DNA from: Pyrodictium delaneyi | GTDB lineage: Archaea; Thermoproteota; Thermoprotei_A; Sulfolobales; Pyrodictiaceae | Reading direction: 5' to 3' | Assembly (NCBI RefSeq): GCF_001412615.1 | Contig: NZ_CP013011.1 | Coordinates: 450,001-482,000 of the forward strand | Length of the DNA: 32,000 nucleotides | Shown here: positions 24,920-32,000 of the stretch, one piece after another | Layout of the letters: each line of letters begins with the position of its first letter | Position numbering within the stretch: position 1 is the stretch's first letter | Translations under genes and position numbers: made by a program | The notes under the pieces: model-generated | The model's database searches: none | Seen by the model: only the letters and a program-made list of their open reading frames with translations | Told to the model about the DNA's origin: nothing

Positions 24920-25735
24920 TTACTGTCCCTGAGCCGTCTCTGCCGTCTCCTTCTCTGTGGCCCCGCTTTCCTGCTCCTGAGTGGTCTGCTCTTTCTCTTC
25001 TTGTTCTCCCTTCTTCTCCTCAGGCTCTGGGAACTTCATTCTCTCTATGAACTCTATGGCTTTAATCTCGTCCTTCATGTATCGGTACGCCTCTAGTATG
25101 ACTATACGTTTCACCACCTGGAAGTCTTGTATACCGAACACCTTCTCGCTGAACTCAACTCGGACAGTCCCAGTCGCGCTATCGTATTGCACCTTCACAT
25201 CTTCAGGGGTTATCGAGGCTGGTGTACGCCTTAGTATTAGGTGCATTATCTTTTCCTCAGGGGTCTGTAGGATCTTCACAAGCTTTACTTTCGCTACCAT
25301 TGTCTTGCCTGCCAGGGGATGGTTAAAGTCTACTACTACGCGGCCTCCCGTGACGCTTCTTATTACTGCTAGCTGGTTGTTTATCTCCACTATCTTGCCA
25401 GGCTCCGGCACCACACCGCTCTTTATGAACTGGTTCTTTGGTATTATCTTTATCTTCTGGGGGTCACGCTTACCGAACGCGTCCTCTGGGGGTATTTCTA
25501 CCTCCTTTTCCTCGCCCTCGTTCATCTCTATGATTGCCTTCTCTAGGCCTGGTAGCAGGCGTCCCTCGCCGATTATCACTAGACGGGGGCCGTACCTATC
25601 CTTGGGATCGTATATCCCAGCCTTACGGGCCTCCTCTTCGCTAGTAGTGTCAACAACCTCTCCGGTGTCTTTTACTCGGAGAGTGTACTCGACTAGCGCG
25701 AATGCACCCTCTTCTAGCGGCATTGCTGCCTTCAC
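24920..25735 (-). CDS. Long-type archaeal FKBP peptidyl-prolyl cis-trans isomerase (with IF/chaperone insert)
   Basis: FKBP motifs are present: VEYTLRVKDTGEVVDTT..., RLVIIGEGRLLPGLEKAIIEMNEGEEKEVEIPPEDAFGKRD, VDFNHPLAGKTMVAKVKLVKI. The C-terminus is acidic. The GTG start overlaps the upstream stop as GTGA. Confidence 0.9.
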   Translation of the reverse strand: MKAAMPLEEGAFALVEYTLRVKDTGEVVDTTSEEEARKAGIYDPKDRYGPRLVIIGEGRLLPGLEKAIIEMNEGEEKEVEIPPEDAFGKRDPQKIKIIPKNQFIKSGVVPEPGKIVEINNQLAVIRSVTGGRVVVDFNHPLAGKTMVAKVKLVKILQTPEEKIMHLILRRTPASITPEDVKVQYDSATGTVRVEFSEKVFGIQDFQVVKRIVILEAYRYMKDEIKAIEFIERMKFPEPEEKKGEQEEKEQTTQEQESGATEKETAETAQGQ

Positions 25736-26286
25736 ACCCCGCTTCTAAGGTACCAGCCAGCATCGAGAATGTTCTCGATATAAATACTGTCGCGGCCGCG
25801 TCTGGGTCTACCCCATCCAAGCGGCTCCATCAGCTCGTTGACTACTAGTACAGGGTAGTGCCTACAGCGCCCCCTTGGCATTGGCCGATACGTGGCTATA
25901 GACTCTGAAAGCACATCGCGGCCGTAGAGGAAGAGCTTCTCGCCTCTAGCCTTTACCACGACGTAGCCCTGGCGGGGGCGTAGCCGGTACCTGGTCAGGA
26001 GCGAGCATAATCCTAGGAGGGGTGTGAGCCTGCCTCTCCGCAGCCGTGCTATATGGACACCTATACTGGTCGCGGAGGAGCGTAGCCCCTTGGGGAGGCC
26101 TAGCACCGTCCGGACAGTGGCCTCTGTGGCCGCGTACACGTCTAATACGCCTTCAGGGCTGGTACGGCAGAGCAATTGGAGCCCGAGATCTTCTAGTCTC
26201 TGGTTTATCCCAAGGCAGCTTAGCAGTCTAGCTACCTCTTCCTCGGCGCTGCTACAGCCGATTAACCAGTCTTCACTAGCCTGCAT
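25732..26286 (-). CDS. Nip7-like ribosome-biogenesis protein (UPF0113 N-domain + PUA)
   Basis: The C-terminal half, VVVKARGEKLFLYGRDVLSESI...YPVLVVNELMEPLGWGRP...IYIENILDAGWYLR, parallels eukaryotic NIP7 (GAEQSFLYGNHVLKSGL...GVVVYSM.DIPLGFG...AD.GEY.R). Confidence 0.7.
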   Translation of the reverse strand: MQASEDWLIGCSSAEEEVARLLSCLGINQRLEDLGLQLLCRTSPEGVLDVYAATEATVRTVLGLPKGLRSSATSIGVHIARLRRGRLTPLLGLCSLLTRYRLRPRQGYVVVKARGEKLFLYGRDVLSESIATYRPMPRGRCRHYPVLVVNELMEPLGWGRPRRGRDSIYIENILDAGWYLRSGV

Positions 26287-27299
26287 ATCGTAAAGCCCTC
26301 CGTAGCGTTACGGTGGGGGAAGAAGCGCCTACACTTGGCAACAGAGGGGTCAAGGTCTAAGTCCAGGTATTTCGTTATTCCCGGGCTTCCAGCTGTGTAG
26401 CCTGGCTCCTCCACCTCGAAGTCGCCCCGGTTCTCGAGGAGCGTCGATACTACATACTCGTTCTCCTCGACAGATATACTACAAGTAGCGTAGACCATTG
26501 CCCCGCCGGGGGCTAGTGCGTCTAGTGCGGCATCGAGCAGTTCCAGTTGCAGCTCTACCCTGGAGAGTATGTCGTTGAAGCTGCGGGGCCAGCGTCCACG
26601 CTTGAAGGGTAGAAGGCCTTCTCCGCTGCACGGCGCGTCTAGCAGTATTGCGTCGAAGGTACCTAGCTTGGGGAGCCACCGTGCATCCATGTGTAGCGCT
26701 GTCACGTTGAATACTGCGAGGCGGCTCATATTGTTCTTGAGCGCTAGCAGCTTCCTACGGTTGATATCAGTAGCTATTATCGTTGTTGCCGTGTTGTGTT
26801 GCGCTATCTGGCTAGTCTTCACGCCAGCCCCCGCACACATATCGGCTATCCTCTTTGCGCCTTCGGGTGCGAGAGCGGGCACGACCATCATCGAGGCTGG
26901 GCCCTGGACTGTGTAGAGCCCCTGCATGTACTCGTGTAGAGCTCCTATGGGATAGGGGGTCTCCTCGACTACTAGCCCGTACCATATGTAGGGGTGGCTC
27001 CGGGTCTTGACGCCCTTCTCCTCTAGCCGTTCTGCTAGCTCCTCGACACTAGTGAGCAATGTGTTGACGCGTATAGTCTTCATTATGGAGTCCTCGTTTG
27101 TCTCTAGGAGTTTCTCAGCCTCACTGCCCAGGAGCGCGAGATAGCGTAGAGCCTGGTGTACATGTATGAAGACGTATTTCGAGGCTAGCTGCTCTGCTCT
27201 AGCTGCTAGTTCCTCGTCCTGCTCTAGGCTAGCGAGCCGTTCCCTCAGCGTCTCTACCGCACTGCGATAGACTGTTTTCCTCCCAGACAGCTGAGGCAC
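26262..27299 (-). CDS. NOL1/NOP2/Sun-family RNA (cytosine-C5) methyltransferase
   Basis: The SAM motif DMCAGAGVKTSQIA and the catalytic motifs ILLDAPCSGEG and YATCSI are present. It starts at a GTG. Confidence 0.9.
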   Translation of the reverse strand: MPQLSGRKTVYRSAVETLRERLASLEQDEELAARAEQLASKYVFIHVHQALRYLALLGSEAEKLLETNEDSIMKTIRVNTLLTSVEELAERLEEKGVKTRSHPYIWYGLVVEETPYPIGALHEYMQGLYTVQGPASMMVVPALAPEGAKRIADMCAGAGVKTSQIAQHNTATTIIATDINRRKLLALKNNMSRLAVFNVTALHMDARWLPKLGTFDAILLDAPCSGEGLLPFKRGRWPRSFNDILSRVELQLELLDAALDALAPGGAMVYATCSISVEENEYVVSTLLENRGDFEVEEPGYTAGSPGITKYLDLDLDPSVAKCRRFFPHRNATEGFTICRLVKTG

Positions 27300-27384
27300 A
27301 CCCCCAGAAGCCTAGGAAGGTTAGACACGACACCCGCTATTGTGCCCCGAGGAGAGCTGCTAAACCTGGGGGTAGAGGGTTAGC

Positions 27385-27903
27385 ATGAGCCGCGGTGTTT
27401 TCGTGGGGCGTTTCCAGCCACCACACTGGGGCCATATAGAGGTTATAAAGTGGTGCCTAGACCGCGTCGACGAGCTGATAATAGTTGTAGGCTCTGCCCA
27501 GGAGAGCCACACGCTGAAAAACCCTTTCACAGCAGGCGAGCGGATAGAGATGCTCCTGCTTGGCCTCCGCGACGCAGCCGTAGACACCTCACGGGTCATG
27601 ATAGTACCGGTGCCCGATATCGCCATGAACCATGTATGGCCCCGGTATCTCGAGATGCTGCTCCCACGCTTCCACGTAGTCTTCTCCCGGAACCCGCTCG
27701 TGACAAGACTCTTCACCGAGTACGGCTACCGGGTGGAGAGTCCACCGGCCTTCAGCCGGGGCGAGTACAGTGCAACCCGGATACGCAGCCTCATGCTTCG
27801 CGGCGACGAGTCCTGGAAGAGGCTGGTACCACCAAGCGTCGCTCGATTCATTGAAGAGATTAAAGGCGTTGAACGACTCGTCACCATCTCCGGGAGGGAC
27901 TAG
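27385..27903 (+). CDS. nadM: Nicotinamide-nucleotide adenylyltransferase (archaeal NMNAT)
   Basis: MSRGVFVGRFQPPHWGHIEVIKW carries the (H/T)xGH nucleotidyltransferase motif, and SATRIR lies downstream. The 172-aa length is typical of archaeal NMNAT. Confidence 0.9.
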   Translation: MSRGVFVGRFQPPHWGHIEVIKWCLDRVDELIIVVGSAQESHTLKNPFTAGERIEMLLLGLRDAAVDTSRVMIVPVPDIAMNHVWPRYLEMLLPRFHVVFSRNPLVTRLFTEYGYRVESPPAFSRGEYSATRIRSLMLRGDESWKRLVPPSVARFIEEIKGVERLVTISGRD

Positions 27904-27909
27904 AGAGCC

Positions 27910-28989
27910 TTGGAGCCACTAGTCATAGACGGAAGCTTCGGCGAAGGCGGCGGCCAGATACTACGAACCACGCTAGCCCTCTCAGCCCTACTCGGCCGCC
28001 CTGTAAGGATAGTGAATATCCGCGCTAAGAGGCCGAGGCCAGGGCTCCAGCGCCAGCACCTCACCTCAGTGAAGGCCGTAGCAGAGATAGCTGGCGCGCG
28101 GGTCGAAGGCCTCAGGCTCGGCTCTACCGAGATAACGTTCTGGCCGGGTAGGCTGCAGAGTGGCCGCTTCCGCTTCGACATAGGCACTGCTGGCAGCATA
28201 ACCCTAGTACTGCAGGCAGTGCTACCCATCCTAGTCTACGCACCCGGAAGGGTCGAACTCGAGGTAAGGGGTGGAACAGACGTACCTTGGAGCCCGCCCA
28301 TAGACTATGTACGCTTCGTACTCTCTAGGCTCCTCGAGCGTATGGGCTACGTGTTCCGCGTCACGCTGAGGAGGCGTGGCCACTACCCCCGCGGCGGCGG
28401 GATAGTGATCGTAGAGGTGCCCCAGCCCCCGAAGCGCCTCGAAGCTGTAAGGCTCAGCAATGCCGGCGACATCAAGGCGTTCGAGGGGCTTAGCCATGCA
28501 GTCCGGCTTCCACGCCACGTAGCTGAGAGGCAGGCAAGAGCCGCCCAGGAGCTCATCACCGCCAGGTACCCGGGGCTACCGGTCGACATAGAGCTGGAAT
28601 GGTACGAGCCTGGCCGGGATCCCCACCTAGGCCCCGGCAGCGGCATAGTTGTATGGGCTCACACCGGGAACAGTATTCTAGGCGGTGACTCGATAGGAGC
28701 GAAGGGCAAGCCTGCAGAGAAGGTTGGGCGCGAGGCCGCAGAGAAGCTCCTCGAGGATTTGTCCGCCGGGAAAGCGCTGGACCGACACGCCTCCGACATG
28801 CTGATACCGTATGCTGCACTTGCCTGCGGCGAGTCGATATTGGGCGGAGCAAAGCTGACCATGCATGCATGGACAAACGTAGAACTCGTCAAGAGGATCC
28901 TGCCCGAGGCTCGGCTAGAGTTCATCGAGGGCGGCGAAATAGGGAAGCCCTTCACCCTAAGAGTTGAGGGGGTATGCTACCAGGCGTAG
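27910..28989 (+). CDS. rtcA: RNA 3'-terminal phosphate cyclase
   Basis: IDGSFGEGGGQILRTTLALSALLGRPVRIVNIRAKRPRPGLQRQHL and the downstream D.H..D motif (LDRHASDMLIPY, holding the adenylated His) fit the RtcA family. It starts at a TTG. Confidence 0.95.
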   Translation: MEPLVIDGSFGEGGGQILRTTLALSALLGRPVRIVNIRAKRPRPGLQRQHLTSVKAVAEIAGARVEGLRLGSTEITFWPGRLQSGRFRFDIGTAGSITLVLQAVLPILVYAPGRVELEVRGGTDVPWSPPIDYVRFVLSRLLERMGYVFRVTLRRRGHYPRGGGIVIVEVPQPPKRLEAVRLSNAGDIKAFEGLSHAVRLPRHVAERQARAAQELITARYPGLPVDIELEWYEPGRDPHLGPGSGIVVWAHTGNSILGGDSIGAKGKPAEKVGREAAEKLLEDLSAGKALDRHASDMLIPYAALACGESILGGAKLTMHAWTNVELVKRILPEARLEFIEGGEIGKPFTLRVEGVCYQA

Positions 28990-28996
28990 AGAGGGC

Positions 28997-30115
28997 TCAG
29001 CTCGCGAATATCCAAGGTGTCTTTCTCCGTAGACACTCGTAGACCGCGCCGAGCAGCTTGTCCACGCCATCGCCTTTTAGTGCAGATATTAACAGCGGCT
29101 TCTCCGCGCATAGGTTCTCTCTACCGGCATTCTGGAGGATAGAGTTTACAGCGTCAATTGCTCGCCAGATTGACTCCTCCGGAGCTATGTCTACCTTGTT
29201 TACCGCTACTAGGAGGCCTGCTCCACGCTGCGCTATTATTTCCGAGTATATGTCTTGGAGTAGCCGCATTTGGTGCTCAATATCCTGCACCATCTCGGGC
29301 GAGGGATCCACGAGGAACACAACAATATCTGGGAGCGACTGGAGAGCTGCAAACGCTTTACGTTCTATCTCGTTATGCTGCTCTATAGGCCTCTCAAGTA
29401 TACCAGGCGTATCCACCATGTAGAATGCTATGTCTCTAACCTTCGCCTTACCAACTATAACGGTCTTGGTGGTGAACGGGTACGACGCCACCTCCGGCTC
29501 GGCTGTAGACACCCTCCGCACGAGCGTGGACTTGCCCGTACTAGGTATACCTGCTACAACTACTATCGGGAGCCCCTCGGACACTATATGCGTCTGTAGC
29601 AGCTCTCTCCGGACGCGATCGAGGAGTTCGAGTCGTTTGCGGAGCCGCCGCACCACGGACAATATACATCCACTACCTTCCTTGCGCAGCCTAGCCGCTT
29701 CACGTGCATCAGCTGCTGACACTATTAAGAGCCGGTACTGGTTCCAGAACTCCCTTATCAGGCGGAGGGATCTACGTACAGCACGGAGTGCCTCGTCGTA
29801 CTCGTCTCCCACGAATCCGAGTACGAGCGCGCGGTGGAACTCGCTCATCTCACGGGTCGAAGGTAATCGAGCTACACGCAAGAGTCTAGAGTAGGAGACG
29901 TTGAACACCACTTCTAGCCTCTTCAGCTCGAACTCGATTCTACCAGGTAGGCCTCGACGGCGCGGCTTGACTCGTCGATAGCGCTCTCCTACAACACGGA
30001 TTATCTCCTCAGAGCTGTATACATGTGTCTCCCTGAGTTTCTTAACCGTCTCAGCGAGCTTTAGCATCTCTTTGTGCCGCTTAAGCCATGGCAGTTCCTC
30101 ATGTTGCGCTGTCAT
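28997..30115 (-). CDS. NOG1-family GTP-binding protein
   Basis: A NOG1-like N-terminal helical domain is followed by a GTPase core: VVVAGIPSTGKSTLV (G1), FTTK (G2), VDTPGIL (G3), NKVD (G4). The ATG at 30115 (MTAQHEELPW) is preferred; the longest ORF starts at the TTG at 30157. Confidence 0.85.
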   Translation of the reverse strand: MTAQHEELPWLKRHKEMLKLAETVKKLRETHVYSSEEIIRVVGERYRRVKPRRRGLPGRIEFELKRLEVVFNVSYSRLLRVARLPSTREMSEFHRALVLGFVGDEYDEALRAVRRSLRLIREFWNQYRLLIVSAADAREAARLRKEGSGCILSVVRRLRKRLELLDRVRRELLQTHIVSEGLPIVVVAGIPSTGKSTLVRRVSTAEPEVASYPFTTKTVIVGKAKVRDIAFYMVDTPGILERPIEQHNEIERKAFAALQSLPDIVVFLVDPSPEMVQDIEHQMRLLQDIYSEIIAQRGAGLLVAVNKVDIAPEESIWRAIDAVNSILQNAGRENLCAEKPLLISALKGDGVDKLLGAVYECLRRKTPWIFAS

Positions 30116-30308
30116 ACCATCCCCATACTTCAAGCAACTCCTACTCCCCCTTATCAAGAGCGCCTCCTACAGCCAGCACCAAAGACCATGAAGTAGACGT
30201 ACAAGTCGACGCAACAATAACCACTATCACAAGATAGGAGGACACAAGCACTAAGTCGACTCTAAAAACGTTCATGAACTGGTACGGTTTGTTAACGAAG
30301 GATTGGGG

Positions 30309-31661
30309 TCACTCTAGCTTGGGTAGGTAACTTAAGTCTATCTTCTCGGGTTCAGCGTCACGTAGCTTGCCTTCTAGGTAGTCCTGATAGCCCTTGAGAT
30401 CCAGCAGGCCATGACCACTGAGGTTGAACAGTATCGTGATTTTCTCGTTGCGCTTCTTTGCCTCCAGGGCAGCATCTATCGCAGCCTTCACTGCATGGGC
30501 GCTTTCCGGCGCCGGTATAATGCCCTCTGTACGAGCAAAGAATGTTGCTGCCTCGAATATCTCGGTCTGCCGGTAGGCTACCGGCTCCACGATGCCATTA
30601 TTCACTAGGATGCTTAGTGTTGGAGCGACGCCGTGGTAGCGGAGACCACCAGCGTGTATCGGTGGCGGTACGAATCTGTGACCTATCGTATGCATCTTGA
30701 GTAGAGGCGTCATCCCCGCCGTATCGCCGAAGTCGTAGCGGTACTCGCCCCGCGTCATGCTGGGCGCTGCGCGGGGCTCTACTGCTATGAACCGCGTCTC
30801 GCTCTTACCGCGTAGCCGGTCGTATATGAATGGATAGGCTAGGCCTGCGTAGTTACTGCCACCACCAACAGCGCCTATAACCACGTCGGGATACTCACCG
30901 AGCGCTTCGAGCTGCCGCTTGGCCTCCAAGCCGATTATCGTCTGGTGCAGCAGCACGTGGTTCAACACACTGCCTAGGCTGTATTTGGTGTCCGGGTTCT
31001 TTAGAGCATCCTCTATAGCCTCGCTTATCGCTATACCGAGGCTGCCAGGGTTGTCCGGGTCCTGTTCGAGTATCCTCCTCCCCGCTTCAGTGTAGGGGCT
31101 AGGACTCGGCACCACTTCTGCCCCATAGGTCTGCATTACTATTCGGCGGTATGGCTTTTGCTCATAGCTCACTCTGACCATGTAGACTCTAACCTTTAGC
31201 CCGAACATCGCACCCGCCAGGGCTAGTGCAGAGCCCCACTGGCCAGCACCTGTCTCGGTCGTCAGCCTCTTTGTGCCTTCGAGCTTGTTGTAATACGCCT
31301 GCGCCAGTGCAGTGTTTATCTTGTGGCTGCCCGTAGGGAGTACGCCTTCATACTTGAAGTATATCTTGGCAGGCGTGCCTAGCGCTTCCTCGAGCCTACG
31401 AGCCCTAAGGAGCGGGGTAGGCCGGCCAAGCTCTAGGTATATTGTACGGAGCTCCTCGGGGATCTCGATCCATCGTTCTGTTGAGATCTCCTGCTCGACC
31501 AGGCTACGCGGGAATATGGCTTCAAGCTCCTTCGGAGAAACTATGCTACCGTCCGGATTTCTCGGCGGCGGGAGTGGCTCAGGGAGGTCTGGTAGAATGT
31601 TGTACCACTTATCGGGGAGAATATCCTCTGTCTGTGGAGCCCTTAGGCCTTGAATCACCAT
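30309..31661 (-). CDS. trpB: Tryptophan synthase beta-chain paralogue (TrpB2 type, stand-alone)
   Basis: The 450-aa protein has the PLP-lysine motif [10 protein letters not shown] and GGGSN, with the N-terminal extension and length typical of TrpB2. There are no trpA or other trp genes in the window. Confidence 0.9.
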   Translation of the reverse strand: MVIQGLRAPQTEDILPDKWYNILPDLPEPLPPPRNPDGSIVSPKELEAIFPRSLVEQEISTERWIEIPEELRTIYLELGRPTPLLRARRLEEALGTPAKIYFKYEGVLPTGSHKINTALAQAYYNKLEGTKRLTTETGAGQWGSALALAGAMFGLKVRVYMVRVSYEQKPYRRIVMQTYGAEVVPSPSPYTEAGRRILEQDPDNPGSLGIAISEAIEDALKNPDTKYSLGSVLNHVLLHQTIIGLEAKRQLEALGEYPDVVIGAVGGGSNYAGLAYPFIYDRLRGKSETRFIAVEPRAAPSMTRGEYRYDFGDTAGMTPLLKMHTIGHRFVPPPIHAGGLRYHGVAPTLSILVNNGIVEPVAYRQTEIFEAATFFARTEGIIPAPESAHAVKAAIDAALEAKKRNEKITILFNLSGHGLLDLKGYQDYLEGKLRDAEPEKIDLSYLPKLE

Positions 31662-31913
31662 TACCGCATCGTCACCAAAAGTGAACTATAAAGCCACTAG
31701 AAAACCTGTATTTAAACGTTTCATTATAGCCACATACTCTCCCCAGCCATTAAACAGCTCAACACACCTACAATGATGCAGACGGCTAAGCCGAGGACCA
31801 AGAGCTACTTCAACAAAGATGCAGATACCATCCAGGGAGTACAGAACGCAGAGGACTATGCCTCACGTCAGTCACTAGGAGGATAAAGCGTAAACAAAAG
31901 CACAAACCCACAG

Positions 31914-32000
31914 CTACCTTATTCTGACAAGCTTCCCTGACTCTATTCTATAGGCGTTAAAGCCCTCGAGGAGTTCTTCGGCACTCTTTTGCGGAGACGT
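31914..32000 (-). CDS. Possible 3' end of a gene truncated by the window edge (product unknown)
   Basis: The reverse-complement frame is open from 32000 to the TAG at 31916-31914: TSPQKSAEELLEGFNAYRIESGKLVRIR*. Only 28 codons are visible and no family can be assigned. Confidence 0.2.
   Translation of the reverse strand, partial: TSPQKSAEELLEGFNAYRIESGKLVRIR

Noticed and set aside
31773-31886. A 37-codon plus-strand ORF (MMQTAKPRTKSYFNKDADTIQGVQNAEDYASRQSLGG) in the spacer upstream of trpB2.
   Set aside because: It is too short, with no SD site, motif or hydrophobic segment, so it is indistinguishable from chance.

Overview
This window looks like a core chromosomal segment of a hyperthermophilic crenarchaeon. 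That assignment is an inference from gene content and order, GGAGGTG-type Shine-Dalgarno sites, and intron-containing tRNAs that encode their CCA ends. A Desulfurococcales-like genome fits best.

Almost all of it is information-processing housekeeping, mostly on the minus strand:
- rpoB (5' end), rpoH, L37e, an Sm protein, a divergent PUA protein and aCPSF1.
- Two proteasome beta paralogues flanking egsA and nfi.
- A tRNA-punctuated stretch at 7.6-11 kb, then alaS.
- The SecE-Spt5-L11-L1-P0 block.
- FtsY, prefoldin alpha, LX, aIF6, L31e, L39e, a PDCD5-like protein, S19e, YhbY and Rpp21.
- Then Nep1, an EncFtn-like ferritin-like protein, Bcp, FKBP, a Nip7-like protein, NOP2/Sun, NMNAT, RtcA, a NOG1-like GTPase and TrpB2.

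There are five tRNA genes. Pro-UGG, Gln-CUG and a CAU tRNA carry 41, 23 and 45 nt introns at position 37/38. Arg-UCU and Glu-CUC have no intron.

I saw no CRISPR array, transposase, integrase or recognisable defence gene, and I could not identify a convincing novel multi-gene system. The most unusual things I can support from the sequence are:
1. An uncharacterised protein just downstream of alaS whose C-terminal part carries Rae1/YacP-like NYN nuclease motifs. A 52-codon, stop-free N-terminal extension upstream of it has no canonical start codon.
2. Perfect 11-bp GC-rich leader/trailer complementarities flanking tRNA-Gln and tRNA-Arg.
3. A truncated TFIIB-zinc-ribbon (TFB3-like) paralogue.
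4. An orphan encapsulated-ferritin-like gene with no encapsulin shell gene nearby.
5. Strong base-composition heterogeneity and two unusually long non-coding gaps.
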